Source of the DNA: Octopus sinensis
Taxonomy: Eukaryota
DNA: 64,000 nucleotides
Direction: 5' to 3'
Assembly: GCF_006345805.1 (NCBI RefSeq)
Contig: NC_043015.1
Coordinates: 46,748,001 to 46,812,000 of the forward strand
How positions within the stretch are numbered: the stretch's first letter is position 1; each line of letters opens with the position of its first letter. A program made the position numbers and the translations under genes. Positions 40,358 to 52,489 of the stretch are shown piece after piece. A model generated the notes under the pieces. That model was not told the DNA's origin. It searched no databases and saw nothing but the letters and a program-made list of their open reading frames with translations.

Positions 40358-41009
40358 AGAAGACTCCGCCGGTTACGACGACGAGGGTCCCAGCTGATAC
40401 GATCAACGGAACAGCTTGCTCGTGAAATTAACGTGCAAATGGCTGAGCATTCCACAGACACGTGTACCCTTAACGTAGTTCTCGGGGATAATCAGCGTGA
40501 CACAGAGAGTGACAAGGCTGACCCTTTGAAATACAAGTACAACTCATTTTTGCCAGCTGAGTGGACTGGAGCAACGTGAAATAAAGTGTCTTGCTCAAGG
40601 ACACAACGCGTCGCCGGGAATCGAACTCACAACCTTACGATCATGAGCCGAATGCCCTAACCACTAAGCCACGCGCCCTCACATAAAAGACTCCGCCGGT
40701 TACGACGACGAGGGTCCCAGCTGATACGATCAACGGAACAGCTTGCTCGTGAAATTAACGTGCAAATGGCTGAGCATTCCACAGACACGTGTACCCTTAA
40801 CGTAGTTCTCGGGGATAATCAGCGTGACACAGAGAGTGACAAGGCTGACCCTTTGAAATACAAGTACAACTCATTTTTGCCAGCTGAGTGGACTGGAGCA
40901 ACGTGAAATAAAGTGTCTTGCTCAAGGACACAACGCGCCGCCGGGAATCGAACTCACAACCTTACGATCATGAGCCGAATGCCCTAACCACTAAGCCACG
41001 CGCCTTCAC
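40358..41009 (-). mobile_element. Head-to-tail dimer of two near-identical SINE-C copies
   Basis: 327-nt period (agactccgcc at 40361 and 40688); only about 2 internal differences seen by eye. Confidence 0.9.
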
Positions 41010-41213
41010 TTATATATATAATATATATATACACACACACACATACCCTTACATACGTACCTGCTTACCAGCAGACACATAAATATAAAAAGACATGCAC
41101 ATTGAGTGGGCGGTTGTGTCGATCTTTGGGTGCTATCTCTAGCATGGTAAAACGAACATGTCGGCATTTCCTAGTCGGCCATCTGGTTTCGTCTTCTGGT
41201 GGAAGTTAGCTTA

Positions 41214-41246
<33 letters not shown>

Positions 41247-41878
41247 ACTCACTCGCTGTCTCTCGCTCATTCACTGTCTCTCTCACTCACTCTTTTTCTA
41301 TACATATGTGTGTGTGTGTGTGTGTATGTATATATAAATACATTAATATATTTACTTACATATACATTTACGTGTATATTTGTGCGTGCGTGTGTGTGTA
41401 ATTACGTATTTGTACACGTATATGTATGTTTCTATGTACTCGTATAAATATTACCTTTCCGGTGAATCATCCAAGGTGGGTAAGTATGTATGTATGTATG
41501 TATGTATGTATGTATGTATAAAGTATGTTACGTGTGTGTGTGTGTTTGTGTGTATACGCACATAAATGCACTCTACATACATACATACATACATAAAGGT
41601 GATGTTTATGTGCATGATGTGTGTACATTTAGGTAACCCATTGTGATGAGTCATTGCTAGTCATACTCATTGTGTTTCCCTTCCCTTTCCCCGTCTTCAC
41701 CTTCTTTCAATCTCTCCCTCTCATCTTCATCTCGTCTCATTCTCTCAACCTCTTAATTTTCTTTTAAAATTATTTTATACATAGTTGTAGAATGTAGCAT
41801 GGCATCGTATACATACACGCATACAGACATAGGTAGATAGATAGAGACAGACAGATAGATAGATATATAGGTAGGTAG

Positions 41879-41913
<35 letters not shown>

Positions 41914-42123
41914 GAGAGGGGGATTGAAAGGTAGATAAGATGAACGGAAAAGAGAAAATTAGGAATTTTGTATGAGTAGAAGGTAGGAGTAATCTAAAGA
42001 AATTACAGAATAAAGAGGGAAACCTTTATTATACACATGAGAAATGAAAAACTAAGGAAAACGGAAAACTAAAAGAAGAGAAAGAGAGTGATAAGGGAAA
42101 GAGTAAGAGTGAGAGTCAAGGCC

Positions 42124-42169
<46 letters not shown>

Positions 42170-43262
42170 TAAATAAAGATAGTGAAAAAGAAAGGCAGAT
42201 ATTATAAGAGAACTAGGAATAAATTGTTTCGAACGTGGAAAAATAATAATTGTTAGAGGCGGTGGGAAAATATGTAAGAACTGAGACGAATTATTTTAAC
42301 AGAGAATATATGTATATATATATATATACGTGTGAAGGAAAAGGGAATAAATGCAGTTTGTGAATAAGGAGGAAATGAAAAGGCATAGAACAAGATCGGT
42401 GTTGAAATTGTTAATGTCTGAGAAAAGATCGGAAGATAGAGATTACTGAGATAGAGAGACAGACAGAGAAAGAAACGAAAGAGAATAAAAGAGAGTGTGA
42501 AAGTAAGAAAGAAATACATTTTAAAAGAAGCGGAGAATGGGAGGGCAGCCGAACCATGTAGGTCCTATATATATATATGTATTACTTTATATAATTAGGG
42601 TTCAGCAAAAAAAATTTACTTTACCACACACCGAACTTTTAGAAATAGCAGCCAAAGAATTTAGCTATTTCTCCTACTATATAAGAAGAGTCTCTTTGGC
42701 TGCTATTTCTAAAAGTTCGGTGTGTGGTAAAGTAAATTTTTTTTGCTAAACCCTAATTATATAAAGTAATGTTTAAATATACCGTAAATGGTCCTTTTAC
42801 ATACTGACCACTGCTTGGTAAAAATTATTAATTACTAATTAATTAAGTTTAACCTTATTATTATATATATATATGTATATATACATTTATATGTATTTAT
42901 ATGTATGTATATACATGTATATGTATATATACATTTATTATATATATATATGTATATATACATTTCTTTAAAACTTCTAGGTGTATGTATATGGGCGTGT
43001 GTTTGTGTTGTATGTTAAGTAAATGATAAAAATTACGAAGACAAGACATGGAGCACAATAAGGAGAAATGTTAAAAAACATTCACTAATATGAGGGAGAG
43101 TATGTGTGTATTTATATTCCATGATGTATGTGTGTGTATGTGTTTGTGTGTACACACAAATATATGTTTGAATGAATGTCCGAGGATTGTAACCACTAGC
43201 CATTGTTCTATGAATCTATGGAGATTTCCCTTTGGTTGAAGTAGTCGTATGTATGATGTATG

Positions 43263-43474
43263 TACTCTTTTACTTGTTTCAGTCATTTGACTGCGGCCAT
43301 GCTGGAACACCACCTTTACTCGAGCAACTCGACCCCGGGACTTATTCTTTGTAAGCCCAGTACTTATTCTATCGGTCTCCTTTGCCGAACCGCTAAGTAA
43401 CGGGGACATAAGCACACCAGCATCGGTTGTCAAGCAATGCTAGGGGGACAAACACAGACACACAAACACATACG

Positions 43475-43516
<42 letters not shown>

Positions 43517-43682
43517 TACGACGGGCTTCTTTCAGTTTCCGTCTACCAAATCCACTCACAAGGCTTTGGTCGACCCAAGGTTATAGTAGAAGACACATGT
43601 CCAAGGTGCCACGGAGTGGGACTGAACCCGGAACCATGTGGTTCGTAAGCGATCTACTTACCACATAGCCACTCCTGCGCCT
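43263..43682 (-). mobile_element. SINE family A, full length
   Basis: Colinear reverse-complement copy. Confidence 0.9.
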
Positions 43683-44882
43683 ATGTATGTATGTATGATG
43701 TATGTATGTATGTATGCATTTACGTATATGTGTGTTTGTGTGTATGTTTGAATGTATAAGCAAGAAGAAAACGCACTAAATACACGAGCGTAATTATAAT
43801 AGCGTTGAAATGACTGTTTCTACCCTGTGTTGCACTACACACACACATATGTATGTATGATTGTGAGTGCGTGTTTGTGTCTTTATGTGTAATGTGTATG
43901 AATATTGGAAAAGGTGGGAGGAGAGATAAATGGAGGAGAAAGTACGAATTAATAAATTCGAAAACTAAAATTGAGACCAAAAAAAAAAAAAGAAAAAAAT
44001 TAACTGAATCTTTTCGGTTTGAACGGCAGTTTTTAACATAATTTCTGGGTAACTGAAAAATTTCAAACTTCGTTAACTGACATATTCTTTAAAATATATG
44101 AAAAATAAAATCAGTAGAAATTTTTTTATTTTTGTAAAAACCAAAACGTAAAAAAAATAATTTACTACTAACTAATAAAACGAAAAAACACGAAGAGTTG
44201 AAGTAGACAAAGAGTGATGAAAGAGGAGAGTCGAGTGGAGTGGAGTGGAGTGGAGGGGATTGCTTGAGTGAGAGAAGACTACTCGACTTGAGAGCAGCTC
44301 TTTAATCTCGCCTGACTGTAAAGGGTGATACATTCATTGCTAGGCTCTCTCTGTCAACTTGCAGTAGCACAGTGACTGCTGTCCTTTTTACTAACCTAAA
44401 TTCTATCTTGTCAATTTATATTATACATACACTGGAACTATGAGTTGGGAAGCTTGGGCCCCTCATTTAAAACAAACTCAGTCTGGTTTTGAAGCTGCGA
44501 ATGAATGCGGTATATATTCGTTACAAGGAGATCCTTGGTACAGCAGTAATGAGCAGGTAAAGAAAAAAACCCAACAAATCCATTTCTCTTTAGTAACAAA
44601 AAAAACAAAAAAACATGTATTGCATGTCTTCTTACTCGTGTAATTTTTGTATATATAATTCAATTTCTCTCATAATTTCATATATATATGTATACATATA
44701 TACACAGTTCTTTTTAATCACGCCGCACCCCGATCTATGAAATCGGTCAGTTTGGCGGAGTTCAGTTTTTTTTTTAATACTTTCTTTAAATATTGTTTTC
44801 GCTTCTTTTTCTAACACATTGATTTACATTATTATTATTATCATCATCGTCATCATCCGTTATTATTACTACTACTACTAAT

Positions 44883-45212
44883 ACTAGCAGTATCGCCCGG
44901 TGTTGCTCGGGTTTGTTTCGACCCTTCAGATTTGGAATTTTTGAAAAGTAAAAAAATTTGCATTATGTAGCTTGTTATTCTCTCTAAGTGAACATTTTTC
45001 TGGTTGAAATACACCGAAAAATGGTGACACAGCAGTCAAAAAATCGTAAAAAAATAGGGATTTTCATAGAAAAAAAAGCACCTTTTTGATGTAAATAATT
45101 TTTGGTGTTAACATGGTCCGATTTGAATTTTATCTTCTACGGAAGGAAGAGCAAGCCTTCTTCTATCATACTCTCAATTTTGGTCAACTTGCACCGCAGG
45201 GTCTCGGAGGAG
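44883..45212. mobile_element. Helitron-like non-autonomous element
   Basis: On the minus strand the terminus is a cccg...cggg hairpin followed about 10 nt later by CTAG-T. A similar terminus occurs at 39941-39970. Confidence 0.5.
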
Positions 45213-46010
45213 TTTAAGATCTTGGCCAAGGTGTTAGTGAAAAGGTTAGTGCTTGTCGGTATCCGGTTGGAGAGGCACAATCCTGAGCAGGTCTATCCAC
45301 AACAGCCTCCACCTTATGCGATACATCATAGAGAGGGCTGGGACTAAGGCTAGCTCAATGGGGCCCTGATCAATTTAGATCAGTTGAAAGCTTTCGATTG
45401 GGTCAACCATCGCTACTTGGAAGCTGTCCTTAAAGTGGCCGGTTTCCAGATGCTGGATTGCTGCAATACATAGCAGCACCTGCTTGGTGGTCAAAGTAAA
45501 TGGCCACCTATCGGAACCGTTTCGTATCGCATGTTCAGTCCGTTTGGACTGCCCGCTGTCACTTCTCGAGCCAATGCTGTGGAAGTTGGATCAGTTAAGA
45601 GGCGCCCTTCTCAAAATTGAACTTGGGAGGGTATATGGAGACGACGTCTGATGCCTCTGAAATGGAGATGGTCAGCTCCATTGTAAAGGAATATGAGTCG
45701 GTTTACAGGGTCCAAAATCGTACAAGTTGGTGGGAGTCCATAGTGATGATTGCCTCGCTGTCCTCCTTTAATCAGGCAGGCAAGGCAGTTTTCCTTTGCC
45801 TTGATGGCTGTGTTGAAAGAGGTTGTCTTGTGGGTGAGGATGAGAGGAATGAAAACAAAAAACATTCTTCTTTGGTAAAGCCGTCATCAACTTTTCCAAC
45901 TTTCACTTGGAAAGGAAAGTGAGGGAGGTGCTGTTCTTGAGTGAATTTTTCAAAAGGTGAGTGAAAGTTGCAAAAATAGCAAGAGTGGATGGTACTGCTC
46001 GAAGTGTAGT
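45213..46010 (+). mobile_element. Degraded L1/Tx1-type LINE reverse-transcriptase relic
   Basis: Frameshifted motifs FKILAKVLVKRL, RSIHNSLHLMRYII, LINLDQLKAFDWVNHRYLEAVLKVAGF, VNGHLSEPF...SVRLDCPLSLL and YGDDV. Confidence 0.8.
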
Positions 46011-46039
46011 CCTGCGAGTTGGAGAGGATATTCGTCCTT

Positions 46040-46272
46040 GGTAACTGGCAGAAACGTTAGCACGCCAGGCGAAATGCGTAGCCGTATTTCGTCTGCTGTT
46101 ACGTTCTGAGTTCAAATTCCACCGAGGTCGACTTTGCCTTTCATCCTTTCGGGGTCGATAAATTAAGTAGCAGTTACGCACTGGGGTCGATGTAACCGAC
46201 TTAATCCGTTTGTCTATTCTTGTTTGTTCTGTCTGTGTTTAGCCCCTTGTGGGTAGTAAAGAAATAGGTATT
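46040..46272 (+). mobile_element. SINE family B (tRNA head, CORE-like centre)
   Basis: A box TGGCAGAA, B box GAGTTCAAATTCC, centre tttcatcctttcggggtcgataaattaagta, tail gtaaagaaatagg. Other copies at 3851-4375, 8010-8240, 19582-20020, 20495-20700, 22875-23015, 23257-23636 and 57591-57778. Confidence 0.85.
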
Positions 46273-46780
46273 CAGGGTGATCTTGGATGGTGGAGTTCTG
46301 TGGTTATTCCCATTGCTGTCACAGTTTTTAGTTATTTATCTTTGAAATTTCTTAATGCCGTATACTATGTATACTTTTAACGTATGCTGTGTATACTCTT
46401 CCTTTTTTTTTTATCACTCCATTATATGTAAACCCCTCCACACTCCATGACTGTCTTTGTATTGTCCCCCCTCATCCTTTGCCCTGGTGGCAAATAAAAG
46501 AAATCATTATTATTACTGGCAGAAGTAATAGTGACTCAAGGACCGAGACTGTTATTCATTTGCACGCACGGCAGCTGCATCGAACTTTCTCATGCACCAA
46601 ATGGCAATTGCTAAAAAGCATTCGTGAAGTAAAATCATGTAGCAACACCAAATGGCGGTGCCCCAGCATGGCCACAGCCCGTGAGCTGAAACTAGATAAA
46701 ATAAAATACTGATGTTCAGTGTACTGCGCTTTCATCATATAAATATATATATATATATATATTTTATGTATATATATATG

Positions 46781-46816
<36 letters not shown>

Positions 46817-47158
46817 TAATGGATAGATATAGATATAAGAAGGCATATTGGCTTTAAAATAATCTTTTGTTTAAAACAAAAAATAGGGCAAAGGAAAACA
46901 AAGAAAATTAATTTTCACAGTAATCATCCTTTATTTGTTTGAAGTTTTCAGGGTTTAAATCCTCCTCCTCCTCCTCATCATCATCATCATCATCACCTTT
47001 GTCATTGTCATCATCGTCGTCGTCGTCATCAATAAGGTGTGCTCTGCGATAACCCTTATCTAGCAGTTCTACTGAGGTTAAAAGCATTCGAGTCATGACC
47101 AGCTCATCTTTTACATACACACACGCATGTATATGAACAGACATATACGTTATCTGTG

Positions 47159-47216
<58 letters not shown>

Positions 47217-48342
47217 TATATATATAGACGTAAAAGATTTTCTATTCCTGAGCGCTATACTAACACATTTGTTCGTTTGTACACCACCTGCCTTCGTCTT
47301 TTTTTTATTTTCGTAAACTTTCCCTGTATATCTCTCTCTATATATAATATATATATATATATATAAGCCGTTCGACCTGTTCACTGACAAAAATCCGTGC
47401 TGCTCGGCTTTTGTGTGTTTCTTAAATGGCTTACAAACACCTTCCACGCTGCAATCGTTTCCGTTTCAGCTACACGATCTCAGATCAAATCACTTGCTTA
47501 TGCAAGTACATCTCCGTAATAATATATAAACGAAAGATCGCCATATATATATATATATATTATATATATATATATCATTCCACACAGCCACCCTTTTTGT
47601 ATTGTTGCTCATATTTTGTAAAACATCAGGTATGAGGTGTGGGTGGATAGAAGAGACTAGGTGGTTATCTCTAGCAAGTTGGAGACCACTTCCTTGCTAG
47701 CTACCTAGTACCTTTTCCTAAAGTACTCTCTCTCTGTCTCTCACTCATAAATACACGGTGGAAGCTGGTTATTATAATCACTTTCTGATGGAGTGTTTAA
47801 GATCGACTAACCATCTGATAACATTATCTGTGACTATAATCGACTTGCACTGTGTGCGTATATAGATATATATATATTCTTCTACATATATGTCTGCCTA
47901 AAGGGTGTGGCCGTGCTTGTGTATTATATACGACTTGAAATTTTTGCCTTGCTTTAACTAACGTTTGTTGTCCTCTTCAACAATTATATATCCGGTATAT
48001 TGGAAATCTGCTATGGCTCCATAACTACCGTCTTGGCTACAACCTTGGAGCCCTAGTAATCCGTTAAAGCACTTACCAAGCGTACTTTAATCCTTTAAGA
48101 TCTCCTGTGAACTAAACCCCCATACTTATCTTATAATAAACTTTTTAATACTATTTGATAGTTATATATAATTAAAAAAAAAAAATATATATATATATAA
48201 ATAATTTTAAATTTAAATAATTTAAATTTTAAATTTTATATTTTATATATTTTGTATATTATATTAATTATTTTTATTTTTATGTTTTGGTTTATGTTTT
48301 TCACTGTCTGATTTGCCTAATAGTGGTTTTATCTCCAATTTA

Positions 48343-48384
<42 letters not shown>

Positions 48385-48511
48385 AAGGTATGTAGAAAAA
48401 TACAACATGGACAGGAACGTATAACTCTTAGAAGACGACACAATAAACATGGACAGGACATTCGAACCCCTCAGTCTTCAGTCAAGACCCGGATCATCGT
48501 AGTAATTTCGG

Positions 48512-48566
<55 letters not shown>

Positions 48567-48863
48567 ATATATAAAATATATAATAATAAAAACATATGCA
48601 TATATACATACATATATGTACGTACCTACCTCTACATGTATATATACACGTATATATGAGACAGGACACCAAAAAAACGTCGAACACAATGAGAAACGAA
48701 AACATAGACATGGAACTGGACATTTTAAACAACAAAAAATAGAGTACAGGACAATTAACACAAAGAAAAAAACCCTTCTTCAGTCGCCATGGTTTCATCT
48801 ACTCTACGTTTATATATATATACACGCACACACATATAATTATCTTTCTCTGTCTTCTACAGA

Positions 48864-48963
48864 NNNNNNNNNNNNNNNNNNNNNNNNNNNNNNNNNNNNN
48901 NNNNNNNNNNNNNNNNNNNNNNNNNNNNNNNNNNNNNNNNNNNNNNNNNNNNNNNNNNNNNNN
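48864..48963. other. Assembly gap (100 N)
   Basis: Run of exactly 100 N, typical of a scaffolding placeholder. Confidence 0.99.
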
Positions 48964-49211
48964 AGGTTACAGTCTGATTTGGCATGGTTTCTACAAATGG
49001 ATAATCTTATATTATTATTTTTAAATTATAAATAAATTACTTACAAGCTTGCATTAAATCAAAATGAAAAAGAAAAAACCCCTTCAAAGTAATGTTTCTA
49101 AGTTACGAAACAATTTGTCATGATATTAGAATCCGCTTATGCATCATTATCATCACCATCACCGTTTAACGTCCTATGACTTTATACAATCGTTTTCTCT
49201 TGTATCGTACT

Positions 49212-49851
49212 AGGCGCAGGAGTGGCTGTGTGGTTAGTTGCTTCCTTACGAGCCACATGGTTCCGGGTTCAGTCCCACTGCGTGGCACCTTGGGCAAGTG
49301 TCTTCTACTATAGCCTTGGGCCGACCAAAGCCTTGTGAGTGGATTTGGTAGACGGAAACTGAAAGAAGACTCGTACATATGTATATTTATATATATAACG
49401 GGAAGGTTTACGAAAATAAACAAAAGACGAAGGCAGGTGGAGTACAAACAAACAAATGTATTAGTATGGCGCTCAGGAATAGAAATAGAACAAGTCTTTT
49501 ATGTTTTTTGCCTACGCTCTTCGACAGAAAGATAGATACACAGAAAAAAACAAGGAGAGAAAAAATGTGTGTAGGAGCTAACGATCCATCATGGCGATCT
49601 ATATATATATATATGTATGTATGTATGTGTGTGTATATGTTTGCGTGTCTGTGTTTGTCCCCCCCAACATCGCTTGACAACCGATGCTGACTTGTTTACG
49701 TCCCCGTAACTTAGCGGTTCGGTAAAAAGAGCCCGATAGAATAAGTACTAGGCTTACAAAGAATAAGTCCTGGGGTTGATTTGCTCGACTAAAAGTTGTG
49801 CTCCAGCATGACCGCAGTCAAATGACTGAAACAAGTAAAAGAGTAAGAGTA
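49212..49851 (+). mobile_element. SINE family A carrying a different repeat (about 49395-49600) in its (TA)n tract
   Basis: Head and tail match family A. The insert matches repeats at 24300-24395 and 47225-47335. Confidence 0.85.
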
Positions 49852-50233
49852 TATATTTTATAGGTTTGTAGAATGATATATTGAGGAGCTTTTTCATGAG
49901 CACTACTGGATCACCTGAATACATATAGTGTAACTTATATATTATATATATAATATATATTTACTTATGAGGTAAAAGCAATTCTTGTATAATAATTACT
50001 ATTAAATACATATACGAATGTATAAGTATTTGTGTATTTTCCAATGACTGCAATTGCGTAGTGGAGTATATAAACTCTCATGTCGCCGGCATTAACACCA
50101 GCAACATGAAAGTTGTATACTCCACTTCTCCATTGCAGCCACCAGAAAATACACTGAGCAGATACATTAGTATATGTATGTAATAGTGTGTGTGTAGATA
50201 TATATATATATAGATATATACATATATACATAG

Positions 50234-50300
<67 letters not shown>

Positions 50301-50561
50301 CACACACACACATATATATATATATCGGGGCAACGATTCTACCAACTCACTATCTTAAATAAGATTGATAATATCCTAGGCTCATATTTCATCTCTAATG
50401 ATTAAGTTAATAATAGCAAAAAGCAAGCAAAAAAAACCTATTATCGTATTAACTATAACCATTTTGTATATTGGTAGTGTCATTAGTTTTTTTTTCTTTT
50501 TGAAATTGTTGAATGACCATTGCATGTTGGTTTCCTATCTTTTGTACGTGACACTTTTAAT

Positions 50562-51180
50562 CATCATCATCATCATCATCGTTTAGCGTCCGCTTTCCAT
50601 GCTGGCATGGGTTGGACGGTTCAACTGGGGTCTGGGAAGCCAGAAGGCTGCACCAGGCCCAGTCTGATCTGGCAATGTTTCTACGGCTGGATGCCCTTCC
50701 TAACGCCAACCACTCCATGAGTGTAGTGGGTGCTTTTTACGTGCCACTGGCACAGGTGCCAGACGGGGCTGGCAACGGCCACGATTGGCTGGTGCTTTTT
50801 ATGTGCCACTGGCACGGAGGCCAGACGAGGCTGGCAATGGCCACGATCGGATGGTGCTTTTTACGTGCTACTGGCACGGAGGCCAGACGAGGCTGGCAAT
50901 GGCCACGATCGGTTGGTGCTTTTTACGTGCCACTGGCACGGAGGCCAGACAAGGCTAGCAATGGCCACAATCGGATGGTGCTTTTTACGTGCTACTGGCA
51001 CGGAGGCCAGACGAGGCTGGCAATGGCCACGATCGGATGGTGCTTTTTACGTGCCACTGGCACGGAGGCCAGACAAGGCTAGCAATGGCCACAATCGGAT
51101 GGTGCTTTTTACGTGCTACTGGCACGGAGGCCAGACGAGGCTGGCAATGGCCACGATCGGATGGTGCTTTTTACGTGCCT
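50562..51180 (-). repeat. Family-D retroposon with 62-nt tandem array (about 7 units)
   Basis: Units start at 50811, 50873, 50935 and so on; (CAT)n plus the family-D tail at the left end. Confidence 0.9.
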
Positions 51181-51452
51181 GGTCCCATTGGTTGCAGGAT
51201 AGATACGGTATATAAAATGGAGCATTTTGCCTGGTAAAACAACATCTATCTAACCTGGTGTTTATTTAATTCAATAAACCTATACTTATCAGGTATCATT
51301 TTAATATATGCACTAAATAGTTTTACAAGTAAACTTTTGGTAATTTTTCTCACTGAAGATTTTATAGTAGCACTTAGCTTCAATGCATTAAGCTTCCAAT
51401 ACAACACATTCGTAACAGTCCACTCCTAAAAATCTCTCTTTACTCTCTCTCT

Positions 51453-51862
51453 CTTTTACTCTTTTACTTGTTTCAGTCATTTGACTGCGGCCATGCTGGA
51501 GCACCGCCTTTAATCGAGCAACTCAACCCTGGGACTTATTCTTTTGTAAGCTTAGTACTTATTCTATCGGTCTCTTTTGCCGAACCGCTAAGTAACGGGG
51601 ACATAAACACACCAGCATCGGTTGTCAAGCAATGCTAGGGGGACAAACAGACACACAAACACACACATGCATATATATATATATATATATCATATATACG
51701 ACGGGCTTCTTTCAGTTTCCGTCTACCAAATCCACTCACAAGACTTTGGTCGGCCCAAGGCTATAGCAGAAGACACTTGCCCAAGATGCCGCGGAGTGGG
51801 ACTGAACCCGGAACCATGTGGTTGGTAAACAAGCTACTTACCACACAGTCACTCCTGCGCCT
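51453..51862 (-). mobile_element. SINE family A, full length
   Basis: Colinear reverse-complement copy. Confidence 0.9.
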
Positions 51863-52489
51863 CGTCTTTTTTTTTTTTCCTTTTAACATATGTTAAAGAA
51901 AGCTGACCAGTAATACTTTGTGTATATTAAGTATTGGAAATTTGAATAGGAATTTTGTTTTGAGAATAGATTCTATTCTAAAAAAAATATATTTGGAGCT
52001 TCCTTTTTAGCAGCTTCATAATTAAGCAATCCAGGCTTGTAGTTAGTTTGAGGTTGAAAGTGTTTTAAATGCACACACACACACGTTTTTTTCATGTCAT
52101 AATACATGTCCAAATTTTTTAACATTTCCAGTAACTTTGAAGGGGAAAAATGTGTCCTTCATTAATAGATAGGTATTGTTTTCAGTTCTGTAAATTGTAT
52201 GTCAAATTGTATTACTTCCACTGACAATTATGAAGCAATTTTCAACTTGCCCGTCCTACAATTCGGTACAATTATGAAGCTATTTTCAACTTGCCCATCC
52301 TACAATTCGGTATTTTGGAAATAATATAATTTGTATACTGTATTTGATGGCATAGAAGATATATGGTCATATTGGGACAAATCCCAATCTCAACAGCACA
52401 TATATTCTAAGTCACCATGGTTATTGCTTCCCTCCCAACTGAAGGGGGTCTTGTCCTGCAAGTTACTTGGTGACCCTGTCAGTGCTGGT

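Noticed and set aside
46908-47447. 179-aa ORF with acidic D/E tract
   Set aside because: It is composed of (TA)n, (CA)n and (GAT)n microsatellites plus repeat fragments.
48313-49035. 240-aa ORF
   Set aside because: It runs through (TA)n tracts and the N gap, so it is an artefact.
49495-49535. Hammerhead-like remnant on the minus strand (ctgtcgaagagcgtaggc...aaac), and partial CUGAAGA motifs at 48474 and 48776
   Set aside because: The core or stems are incomplete in these copies, so they cannot be supported from this window alone.
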